The position numbers were made by a program, and so were the translations under genes. From assembly GCA_045634485.1 (NCBI GenBank), contig JAZRAJ010000091.1, positions 166 to 64,165 on the forward strand: DNA of 64,000 nt, given 5' to 3'. The notes beneath the pieces were generated by a model, which was not told the DNA's origin, ran no database searches, and saw only the letters and a list, made by a program, of their open reading frames with translations. Position 1 is the stretch's first letter. Each line of letters opens with the position of its first letter. Positions 6,861 through 14,405 of this stretch are shown here, in pieces. The stretch is from Eubacteriales bacterium (GTDB lineage: Bacteria; Bacillota; Clostridia; Oscillospirales; CAG-272).

Positions 6861-8704
6861 AGAAAATTATGGTAGACTATATTATAGGCGATTCAAGGTT
6901 GCTTGAATTGTTAGACAAATACTCTGCTGTTGTCGGTGAAGGAGCTAAGGCTTCCGACATTATCAGTAAATTGGCTCAGAATGTCCAAAACCCCGAACTC
7001 ATTGTGCCCGTGTTGGGTTCGCAAGGCATGGGAAAAAGCACTCTTATAAATGCTATCCTTGGTGCTAATATCCTTCCTAATGATGCAGATGAAACAACGT
7101 GTGTTCCTGTTGAAATCCGTTATGGCACAAACGAGAAGGCTGTGGTTTACTTCCAATCTGGAGAAACGGCAGAAATCGAACTCTCATGTGATTCGCTTCG
7201 TGAGTTCGTTGACAACAACGAAAACGACGGCAACGAAAAGTGTGTGTCTCACATTGCACTTGAAACGCCGAGCGAGTTACTTAAAACAGGTCTTGTCATT
7301 GTTGACCTTCCCGGTGTTGGCTCTTTGACACAGAATAACCACGAAACAACAATGAGATACATTCGCCAGTTGTGTACAGCAATTTTTGTTATCCCTACAG
7401 TACCCACAATCAGACGAAGTGAGGAAGTCTTTATTCGTGGTGCTTGGAGCAGTTTTTCTTCTGCTATTTTTGTTCAGAACAGATGGGATGACGAGACAGA
7501 CCAGGAAGTTAATGATTCTGTGGCTTTCAACTCTTTAGTATTAAATAACATCGCTAAAAACGCCAATACAACTTTCAACGGAAAGATTTGTGTGGTTAAT
7601 GCGTATAGAGCTATTCTAAGCAGATTACATAATGATTCCGCAGAGTGTGAGCGTTCTAATCTTCCGGAGCTTCTTACCGAGTTGGAAAACCTCGGTGAAA
7701 ATAGAATCAATCTGGAAACCGCCAATTTTAAGGCAAAAGTCGGTTCCTATATTGAGGCAGCCCAAGCTGCTATTATGCAGTATATTGCCGAAAGTCAAAT
7801 GAACGAAGAACAGCTCCGTGCTGAACGAGAGAGGATTTACGAGGAGTTTAATGCTGCTACTAACGAAATCCAGCAGCTTGTTGATGATGTTTTGGAGTGT
7901 GTAGAAGACGAAAAAAACAAAGCAGACATTTTCGCCGGAAAATTGGCTAAAGAATCTGCTGAAAGTCTTCGTGCCGACACTCACAAATTGATAGGCAATG
8001 GTATTGTTGATGGCGAGCAGTTGACGGAGGCGTTTTCTGACTATCAAGAGAAGTATCTTTTGGATGCGGTTGAGCAGCACTACGATTATATGAATACCAT
8101 GACCTACGAGTTAGGCAAAAAACTTGAAGTTTTGGCAGAAAAGATTTCACTTGAACGAGCATCTTCCTTTGAAGCTCAGAAGTTTGAAAACGGACAAGCT
8201 TTCAAGTTTGAGAAAGGGTTGGAGTTTGGTATTGACCTTGCTGGAGCCATTGGTGGTACATATACTGCTGCTGCAGTTGGTGGCATGGCGTGTTGGACTA
8301 GTGGCAAAATCGGTGCAGCTCTTGGTTCTGCTGGTGGACCTATTGGTACTGCAATAGGTATTGTGGCTGGTATTGCTGTAGGTGTTGTTGTTGGACTTAT
8401 AGGAAAGAAAACTAAGCATAGCATTACTGCTAAACGTGGCTCACAAGCAAAAAAAGCAATCGAGCCTTTCATCGAGGAATTTCAAGATAAAATCTATGTG
8501 TCTATTTCCTCAAACATTAACGCAGTTATGGAGAGCATCACGGATATTCTGCAATCCTATATAGAAGACCGCAGAGCCTACTATGAAGATATGATGCAGG
8601 CGAAAGAACGTGCTGCTGATGCAGACCATGAAAGCAAATTTGACGTTGCCGAGCTGAATGAGCATTACGCTTATCTTGAAAGCAAAAAGGAGGCTTTGAA
8701 ATGA
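6857..8704 (+). CDS. dynamin-like GTPase B (~615 aa) with a glycine-zipper membrane hairpin
   Basis: G1 GSQGMGKSTLINAILG. G3 VIVDLPGVGS. G4-like VQNRWDD. Hydrophobic Gly-rich stretch GAIGGTYTAAAVGG...GIVAGIAVGVVVGLIGKK (nt ~8238-8410). The start is taken as ATG 6857 (ATGA overlap with the upstream stop); 6842 or 6869 are possible. Confidence 0.85.
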   Translation: MKKIMVDYIIGDSRLLELLDKYSAVVGEGAKASDIISKLAQNVQNPELIVPVLGSQGMGKSTLINAILGANILPNDADETTCVPVEIRYGTNEKAVVYFQSGETAEIELSCDSLREFVDNNENDGNEKCVSHIALETPSELLKTGLVIVDLPGVGSLTQNNHETTMRYIRQLCTAIFVIPTVPTIRRSEEVFIRGAWSSFSSAIFVQNRWDDETDQEVNDSVAFNSLVLNNIAKNANTTFNGKICVVNAYRAILSRLHNDSAECERSNLPELLTELENLGENRINLETANFKAKVGSYIEAAQAAIMQYIAESQMNEEQLRAERERIYEEFNAATNEIQQLVDDVLECVEDEKNKADIFAGKLAKESAESLRADTHKLIGNGIVDGEQLTEAFSDYQEKYLLDAVEQHYDYMNTMTYELGKKLEVLAEKISLERASSFEAQKFENGQAFKFEKGLEFGIDLAGAIGGTYTAAAVGGMACWTSGKIGAALGSAGGPIGTAIGIVAGIAVGVVVGLIGKKTKHSITAKRGSQAKKAIEPFIEEFQDKIYVSISSNINAVMESITDILQSYIEDRRAYYEDMMQAKERAADADHESKFDVAELNEHYAYLESKKEALK

Positions 8705-10500
8705 CTTTTTCTGACTTAAAGAAAAAACACGAAATCATTCAAAAGCTGATTGATGCTACAAACGATGAAGAACTTTCCACTTTGTCCAAGTTTATGCGTA
8801 GCAGAATTTCTTCTCCTGAAAGCTATGTTACGATGCTGGGTGAAACAAGTAGCGGAAAGACTACTTTAATCAACGGGCTTCTTAATGAACGACTTTTGAA
8901 AACAAGTGCAGTTCCAACTACAGGTGCAATCGTGGAAGTCCACTTTGATTCTGAGGTTACATCTCCAGAATATTATGCCATCAATCGTGATGCCACAATG
9001 GAGAGACTTGATGCAAATACTTTCGGGGATTTATCGAGTAATCCCGACGATTTGTTAGCAAGATTGCAAATTGCTGTTCCGGAAGTTAATGGTCTTGCTG
9101 GATTAAGATTGTTTGACACTCCTGGTTACGGTTCCATTGTGGATAAGCACGAGGAAGTTCTGCGAGAGTTCATTCCTAACAGCGATGTTATCATCTATGT
9201 TATTGGCTACAAAATCGGCATCCAAGAAAACGACTTTCTCTTTATGCGTTGCATCCAGGAGCTGATACACGATGATACGGATGTAATTGTTGTTGTAAAC
9301 CGTTGTCCTGCAACGGTCTCAGAAAAAGATAGACGTATGACGGAGATTCGCCGTTATGCAGAGGATTTGTTCCATAGGGATATTCCGATTTTTACTGTAG
9401 CAACCGAAACGAGCGATACCGGATATACGTTGCCTAAAGCTGCAAATTTGTGGGCTTATGTAAATAAATTGCTGAACTCTGCAGAGAGACAAGAAACGCT
9501 TATCAGTACACTCAACTCTTATCTGGATGACCTTTTGGCGCAGGCAGATAGCCTCATCGAAAAGCACGAGCTTGCAAACATCATGTCTCAAAAAGAGAAA
9601 GAGGAACTCAAAGCCTGTGCTGACGAGCTTCGTAGAAAAGGCAACGACATCGTAAATACGGAAATCACTCCTACGTTTGACCGCCTTATTGCAAATACAC
9701 CAAGATTGTTTGAACAGGCAAAGGAAACCATTCATGCGGAACTTTCTGAAGCTATTGCTGATGAAAGAACATGTCGCATGGATGAAACCATCGCTTTTGT
9801 AAATAACCACTCTCTCCCCATGGCAATTAACCGAGAAACCAAGGAGTATGAAAGACGGTTAATGCTGGAACTTGATGCAATGAATGAGCGTGTTGACGAT
9901 TATCTCAACGAGGCTATCGCTAACTACTACCATGAAATCGAACTTCATTTTGCAACAAACGCAGAGCTTGCAGCTCGTACAGGCGGAGGCAAAATCGTGG
10001 GTAAGATGATGGAAAACGGCTTGCGTCAATACTTTGCCGCTTTTGGCGGCGCTGGCGGTGCAGGTGCCGGTGTTGCAAACGCCGCAAAGCACTTGCTAAG
10101 TAAAACAGGAAAGCTTTTCGGTAAAAAATTCTCGCGCGAAACATACAACAAACTTGCTCACACTCTCAGTAAGATGAAATTCACGTCGCTTAAGGCAATT
10201 GGAAATGCTGTTACTGTAATAATTGAGGTTGCCCAGGTCATAATCGACTATTCGACGTGGAAGCCAAAGTTAAAGAAACAAGTCCGAAAAGGTTTGGGTG
10301 AGTGGTATGACAAGACCGTAGATACCGTAACCAAGGACTTGGAAAACCTTAAAGCTGAAAACATTAAAACACTGAAGGATATTATCGACGATATTGCCTC
10401 TACATACGAGCTGGAGGCAGAGGAAATGATTGAAAATATGCCAGAACTGATAGCGTTGAAAGCTGAAACACATAAGAAATTGGAGGAAGCAAAATTATGA
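8701..10500 (+). CDS. dynamin-like GTPase C (599 aa)
   Basis: AAGGAGG RBS and an ATGA overlap with the upstream stop. G1 GETSSGKTTLINGLLN. G3 RLFDTPGYGS. Degenerate G4 VVVNRCP. Gly-rich FAAFGGAGGAGAGVANAA (nt ~10035-10083). Confidence 0.85.
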   Translation: MTFSDLKKKHEIIQKLIDATNDEELSTLSKFMRSRISSPESYVTMLGETSSGKTTLINGLLNERLLKTSAVPTTGAIVEVHFDSEVTSPEYYAINRDATMERLDANTFGDLSSNPDDLLARLQIAVPEVNGLAGLRLFDTPGYGSIVDKHEEVLREFIPNSDVIIYVIGYKIGIQENDFLFMRCIQELIHDDTDVIVVVNRCPATVSEKDRRMTEIRRYAEDLFHRDIPIFTVATETSDTGYTLPKAANLWAYVNKLLNSAERQETLISTLNSYLDDLLAQADSLIEKHELANIMSQKEKEELKACADELRRKGNDIVNTEITPTFDRLIANTPRLFEQAKETIHAELSEAIADERTCRMDETIAFVNNHSLPMAINRETKEYERRLMLELDAMNERVDDYLNEAIANYYHEIELHFATNAELAARTGGGKIVGKMMENGLRQYFAAFGGAGGAGAGVANAAKHLLSKTGKLFGKKFSRETYNKLAHTLSKMKFTSLKAIGNAVTVIIEVAQVIIDYSTWKPKLKKQVRKGLGEWYDKTVDTVTKDLENLKAENIKTLKDIIDDIASTYELEAEEMIENMPELIALKAETHKKLEEAKL

Positions 10501-10913
10501 GTCGTGATTTTGAAATCGTTCAAAGTAGAAGAAATACCCCCACCCCTGCAGTAGACCAGGGAGATGTTACTGTTCTCCCTTCTTCTCAAAACAATTCTCG
10601 TATCGGAGATGCTATTGCAGATAACTTCGGTCAGATATTAGACCTTGCATCCAATATTGTTGAAATTGAGAAGATGAAGGTTCAGTCCGAGGCTGTATTG
10701 AAGCAGATGGAGGAATCCAGAAAGAATCTCTTGGCAGAGGCAGAGGCTTATGCCACTAAGAAAAATGCCGATACTGACAGCGTAATTCAGAAAATGCAGA
10801 TGGTCAGAGACATGATGCGTGATTTCTACCAGTACAACAACAATGCTAATCTGTCCGGCGAAGACTTCTCTCGCATAATCAGCAGCATTGTTAGTGAGAT
10901 GGGACGGTTATAA
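10497..10913 (+). CDS. hypothetical helical protein (138 aa), operon member
   Basis: ATGA overlap with the stop of the preceding GTPase gene. GGAGG RBS at 10482-10486. No family recognised. Confidence 0.65.
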   Translation: MSRDFEIVQSRRNTPTPAVDQGDVTVLPSSQNNSRIGDAIADNFGQILDLASNIVEIEKMKVQSEAVLKQMEESRKNLLAEAEAYATKKNADTDSVIQKMQMVRDMMRDFYQYNNNANLSGEDFSRIISSIVSEMGRL

Positions 10914-10914
10914 T

Positions 10915-11247
10915 ATGGTATCAATCGGTGGATTTGGCGATTTGTTTTCTGTTGTTTTAGCCGCTTCTAAGGATAAGGTTTATATGGAAACAGCCGAGAA
11001 AATGCAGGCTGCTTTTCATGAACTGATTCTTGCTGAGGCTGATGCAAGGCGAGATAAAACAGCTACGTTGATTCGTACCATGGCAAAAATCGATGGTGAG
11101 GTTATTCGATTTAAAATAGAATATAATCGTATTATTGAACAGTTATCACCAGAGGCTATAGCTGCAATTGATGGCTATTTGAAAATAATAGAGCAGAAGA
11201 AGAAAGATATTGCTCACGAAAAAAATGCAATGAAGGTTAGGAGGTAA
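10915..11247 (+). CDS. hypothetical helical protein (110 aa), operon member
   Basis: ATG lies 1 nt after the upstream stop. Same strand and compact spacing. No family recognised. Confidence 0.55.
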   Translation: MVSIGGFGDLFSVVLAASKDKVYMETAEKMQAAFHELILAEADARRDKTATLIRTMAKIDGEVIRFKIEYNRIIEQLSPEAIAAIDGYLKIIEQKKKDIAHEKNAMKVRR

Positions 11248-11252
11248 TACTT

Positions 11253-11465
11253 ATGTCATCGTTGTTGGTGAACATAAAGCATATAAATAAATGCGCATTT
11301 TGCAAGTATTGGTATGATCCTACGAATAGTGCGATTATTCCTAAATCGCCCGCTATTGGATTATGGGAAATACGCGACATTAATCAAAAATGTATGTGCT
11401 TAAAGAAAAATGCTAAAATGTCTGCTAATTCATTTTGCAGTAGCGATTTTATCAGTAAAATTTAA
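11253..11465 (+). CDS. Cys-rich small protein (70 aa)
   Basis: GGAGG RBS inside the end of the previous gene. CAFCKYW...CMC...C pattern suggests metal binding. Confidence 0.55.
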   Translation: MSSLLVNIKHINKCAFCKYWYDPTNSAIIPKSPAIGLWEIRDINQKCMCLKKNAKMSANSFCSSDFISKI

Positions 11466-11506
11466 TTTTAAAAATTATTATTTATTTGATGGAGAAAATA
11501 AAATTC

Positions 11507-11641
11507 ATGAGCATTCTTATTATGAAGCGTAAATGTGTATATTGTAAGAAGGTATATACATATAATCCAAGTGTTGGAAATTTCGGGCTTGTGTGTCCGA
11601 AATGTAATAGGAGTCAGCCGATTTCTCGTTTTATAAAGTAA
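11507..11641 (+). CDS. zinc-ribbon mini-protein (44 aa; not in the supplied ORF track)
   Basis: MSILIMKRKCVYCKKVYTYNPSVGNFGLVCPKCNRSQPISRFIK. Pattern is CxxC-N17-CxxC. GGAGAA lies upstream of the ATG. Confidence 0.45.
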   Translation: MSILIMKRKCVYCKKVYTYNPSVGNFGLVCPKCNRSQPISRFIK

Positions 11642-11715
11642 AAAAATATTAAACGGTTTAAAAACGAATTTTGGTTGAATGTTCTTATAATTTGTTTATC
11701 AAGACACCCATCTGT

Positions 11716-11768
11716 CCTCCTGTAAGTGTATAATTTTAGTACAAGCTAAAAATTATATTTACAGGAGG
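11716..11768 (+). promoter_or_regulatory. long hairpin sequestering the RBS of the 11776 ORF
   Basis: CCTCCTGTAAGTGTATAATTTT (11716-11737) pairs with AAAATTATATTTACAGGAGG (11748-11768). The right arm contains the GGAGG located 7 nt before ATG 11776. Confidence 0.55.
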
Positions 11769-11775
11769 CTTTTTT

Positions 11776-12357
11776 ATGATATTCGATTGGAAGAACAACA
11801 AAGAGGAAGCGTTAGCTAACGGTGTGTATGAGAAAAATATTTTATCTGTTGGCTTAGTTATGATGAAAACGACAAACAAGGTGGTTGCGCATCATACGTT
11901 CCGCAACTTTGAAAAGCTGGAATTTGAAGAGGGAACGCTCATTGAGGATTGCATTTTTGAGGATTGCGGCACGATTACGTTTAACGAGTGCAGAATTGAG
12001 AATTGCTCATTTTCTCGTATAGAATTTATTTATTCTACCGACGATTGCTTTAGCAATTCAAAGTTTTCAAAGTTGGTGTGCGATGATGATATGCTAATAA
12101 GCTTAGAGAACACAGAAATCACTCATTGTAGCTTTGATGACGTGGAGCTTCGTGAGGATTCCTATCTTTGCGATGGCGTTGGAACAGCGTGGATTGAGCA
12201 TTGTAGCTTTTCAAATATTCGCACAAGCAGAGAGGATAAGGAAATTATTATTAGCGAGCAAACTGTCGGTAAGATTTTCAAGCGCAAGGAGCAGTTTTGC
12301 ATTGTAGATGAAGAAACCTGCACCGGACTTGATTCTATTATTGAATTAGAGGATTGA
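11776..12357 (+). CDS. hypothetical protein with repetitive Cys/Phe-containing beta-helix-like repeats (193 aa)
   Basis: Repeats such as IEDCIFEDCGTITFNECRIENCSFSRIEF and ITHCSFDDVEL...IEHCSFSNIR resemble pentapeptide/beta-helix repeat proteins. The family assignment is not secure. Confidence 0.6.
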   Translation: MIFDWKNNKEEALANGVYEKNILSVGLVMMKTTNKVVAHHTFRNFEKLEFEEGTLIEDCIFEDCGTITFNECRIENCSFSRIEFIYSTDDCFSNSKFSKLVCDDDMLISLENTEITHCSFDDVELREDSYLCDGVGTAWIEHCSFSNIRTSREDKEIIISEQTVGKIFKRKEQFCIVDEETCTGLDSIIELED

Positions 12358-12384
12358 AGCTTTTAAAATGGTTTTTTCGCCCCT

Positions 12385-12414
12385 CAAAATTTGGGGCGCA
12401 TAAACAAAGAAGAA
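12385..12414 (+). repeat. cargo-slot boundary repeat, right copy, island B
   Basis: CAAAATTTGGGGCGCATAAACAAAGAAGAA. Partners at 2062-2090, 17001-17031 and 21932-21965. Confidence 0.8.
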
Positions 12415-12450
12415 GGATTTTTGAAATCAAGTAAATTTACGGTCATTATC

Positions 12451-12479
12451 TTGACAAGTTTTTCGTCTTGTGTTATAAT
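12451..12479 (+). promoter_or_regulatory. perfect consensus promoter (extended -10), specific to island B
   Basis: TTGACA (12451-12456), 17 nt, TGtTATAAT (12471-12479). The ~100 bp containing it is absent from the homologous region of island A. Confidence 0.65.
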
Positions 12480-12550
12480 CAAATAGAACGATATGTTCTT
12501 AAAATTGAAAGTGAGCTATCCGCCCATCTGTGAAAATGGGGAGCAAGGGT

Positions 12551-12611
12551 GAGCATCAGGAGATATTGTAGAGTTTTTCTGCGGTCTTTTGATGCTCATT
12601 TTTTTATTTTT
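12551..12611 (+). terminator. long-stem intrinsic terminator (conserved backbone element)
   Basis: GAGCATC (12551-12557) ... GATGCTC (12591-12597), followed by ATTTTTTTATTTTT. The homologue is at 22008-22067. Confidence 0.6.
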
Positions 12612-12956
12612 GCGAGTGGTGGTATATTTGAATTTCACTCATTTTGGAGTGATTTTGAGCCGAAAATTCCCGCCGTATTTTGTTGCAGGAATAAGGGCGA
12701 CGTCGTGTGCGACGTTTCGCCCGAACACATCGGTCGGCAACGCCGACCGTTCAAGGCTTTGTGAGGATTTCTTCTACGACGTCGTGTTGCGCAAATTTTT
12801 GGTGAAACAATGGCGTTTTGCGCAAAAATCTGCGTGAGCTTTAGAGTTGCAAGGCTTTGTTTTGCAGTCGTAAAAGTTTTTGCGTCAAATTTCAAAAAAT
12901 GCTGGATATATCGTGGAATTTGTGGTATTGTATGTGCTAACGAAAGGAGATTTTTT

Positions 12957-14177
12957 ATGGCAACTAAAAAACTATTAACTAACGGAAATGCGTTCAAGCG
13001 GACTGACGGTCGTTGGGGTGGTACGGTCTGGTATATGGATGAGTCGGGCGAGCGAAAACGCAAGAGCTTTTCGGGTACGATCAAGCAAGAGGTAAACAAG
13101 AAAATGACTGCCTATATTGAGGACTTCAACCGTGAAATTGAAAACTCAATCGAGGCGAACAAGACGCTAAAAGATAGTATGACGAATTTGCTTCAAGTCT
13201 TTAAATTCCCGTCGGTCGAACGCACAACATACGATAGGTATGAGTGTACCGCCATCAATCAAATTTATCCGTTGATTGGGGAAAAAACGGTTGGGAATAT
13301 TTCTTCTGCCGATATAAAAAAAGTCCTCAATCATTGGATGAATGAGGGCTACGCATATACAACGGTCAAAAAAGTACACATTATTCTCGGTGAATATTTT
13401 AAATATCTCACTCAACAAGAGATGATAACGAAAAATCCTATGCTTTCAGCGCCGATGATTAAAAAGAGTAATTTCTATGCTATGCAGGACAAGGAAGATT
13501 TGCCGACGAGTGAAACGGTAACGATTTTCACGGCGGAAGAAATAGAAAAATTAAAGGCAGAGGCGAGCAAAACCTATAAGACTGGAAAGAAACTTTACCG
13601 CCAAGCGGGAGCGTATATTTTGATGCTAAACACGGGACTTCGAGCTGGCGAAATGTTGGGCGTTTTGAACGCAGATATTGACCTTGAGAGGCGAGTTCTG
13701 CACTTGCAAAGGGGAGTAAAGGTTGTGAATAAACGCAACGGTGTGGAGCTTTTAGACGGCTCAACCGAGGTAAAGGTCGGAAAGCTGAAAAGTGCGACGA
13801 GCAAACGAGATATTCCGCTTAATGATGTTGCAATTCAAATGATAAAGGAGCTGCGAGCGGAGTTCTACTTTGGCGAGGACAGTCCGCTGATTTGCGACGA
13901 AAACGGAGATTTCACAAAACCCGATGTGTTCAGACGGAGATTTCACCGACTACTTGACGGAGCAGGGATAGAAAGCAAAGGTCTGCACGCACTACGTCAT
14001 ACGTTTGCGACAAACCTTGTAAACGGAGTAAGGCAACCCGACGGAACGGTTAAGGCGCTGACCGTAAGGCAAGTCGCAGATCTGCTCGGACATTCAACAA
14101 CGCAGGTAACCGAGATGTATTATGTGAAAAAGGATAACAAAATGCTGGGTGGGATAACGGATGGGTTTTGTTTGTGA
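12957..14177 (+). CDS. int: tyrosine integrase with N-terminal arm-binding domain (406 aa); copy 2 of 3
   Basis: AAAGGAG RBS. N-terminus FKRTDGRWGGTVWYMDESGERKRKSFSG resembles the Tn916-type arm-binding domain. Catalytic motifs: LRAGE, HALRHTFATN, LLGHS, EMYYV. Same length as copy 3 and closely collinear with it. Confidence 0.93.
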   Translation: MATKKLLTNGNAFKRTDGRWGGTVWYMDESGERKRKSFSGTIKQEVNKKMTAYIEDFNREIENSIEANKTLKDSMTNLLQVFKFPSVERTTYDRYECTAINQIYPLIGEKTVGNISSADIKKVLNHWMNEGYAYTTVKKVHIILGEYFKYLTQQEMITKNPMLSAPMIKKSNFYAMQDKEDLPTSETVTIFTAEEIEKLKAEASKTYKTGKKLYRQAGAYILMLNTGLRAGEMLGVLNADIDLERRVLHLQRGVKVVNKRNGVELLDGSTEVKVGKLKSATSKRDIPLNDVAIQMIKELRAEFYFGEDSPLICDENGDFTKPDVFRRRFHRLLDGAGIESKGLHALRHTFATNLVNGVRQPDGTVKALTVRQVADLLGHSTTQVTEMYYVKKDNKMLGGITDGFCL

Positions 14178-14405
14178 GGGGTTGCAGATTTTGTGAAAAT
14201 ATGATATAATGATCTTGTTTATCAAGAGTGTACGAAATAAAGCGAAAAATAAGAGTTTTGTGGTGTTTTATATAGAAAAAAGCAAAATGCAACCGGTAGT
14301 TGACACATTGAAAGCTGGCGGTTGGTAGTGTGCAAGTGCGATTTGTGCTATAATATAGGCACGATAAAGCGCAGGCTTTACGAATTTATCAAACGAGGTA
14401 TTTTT

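Noticed and set aside
6842-6869. Alternative start codons for GTPase B (6842 or 6869)
   Set aside because: No decision is possible from sequence alone. ATG 6857 was chosen because it forms the same ATGA stop/start overlap as the next two junctions. The uncertainty of about 5 codons does not affect the call.
12549-12837. ORFs 12549-12764 and 12589-12837 (and 21991-22260 in island A) upstream of the integrases; possible excisionase
   Set aside because: The nucleotide sequence is conserved between islands, but the apparent protein similarity switches reading frame between the two copies. The ORFs lack an RBS and span terminator and hairpin elements. I treat the region as non-coding backbone.
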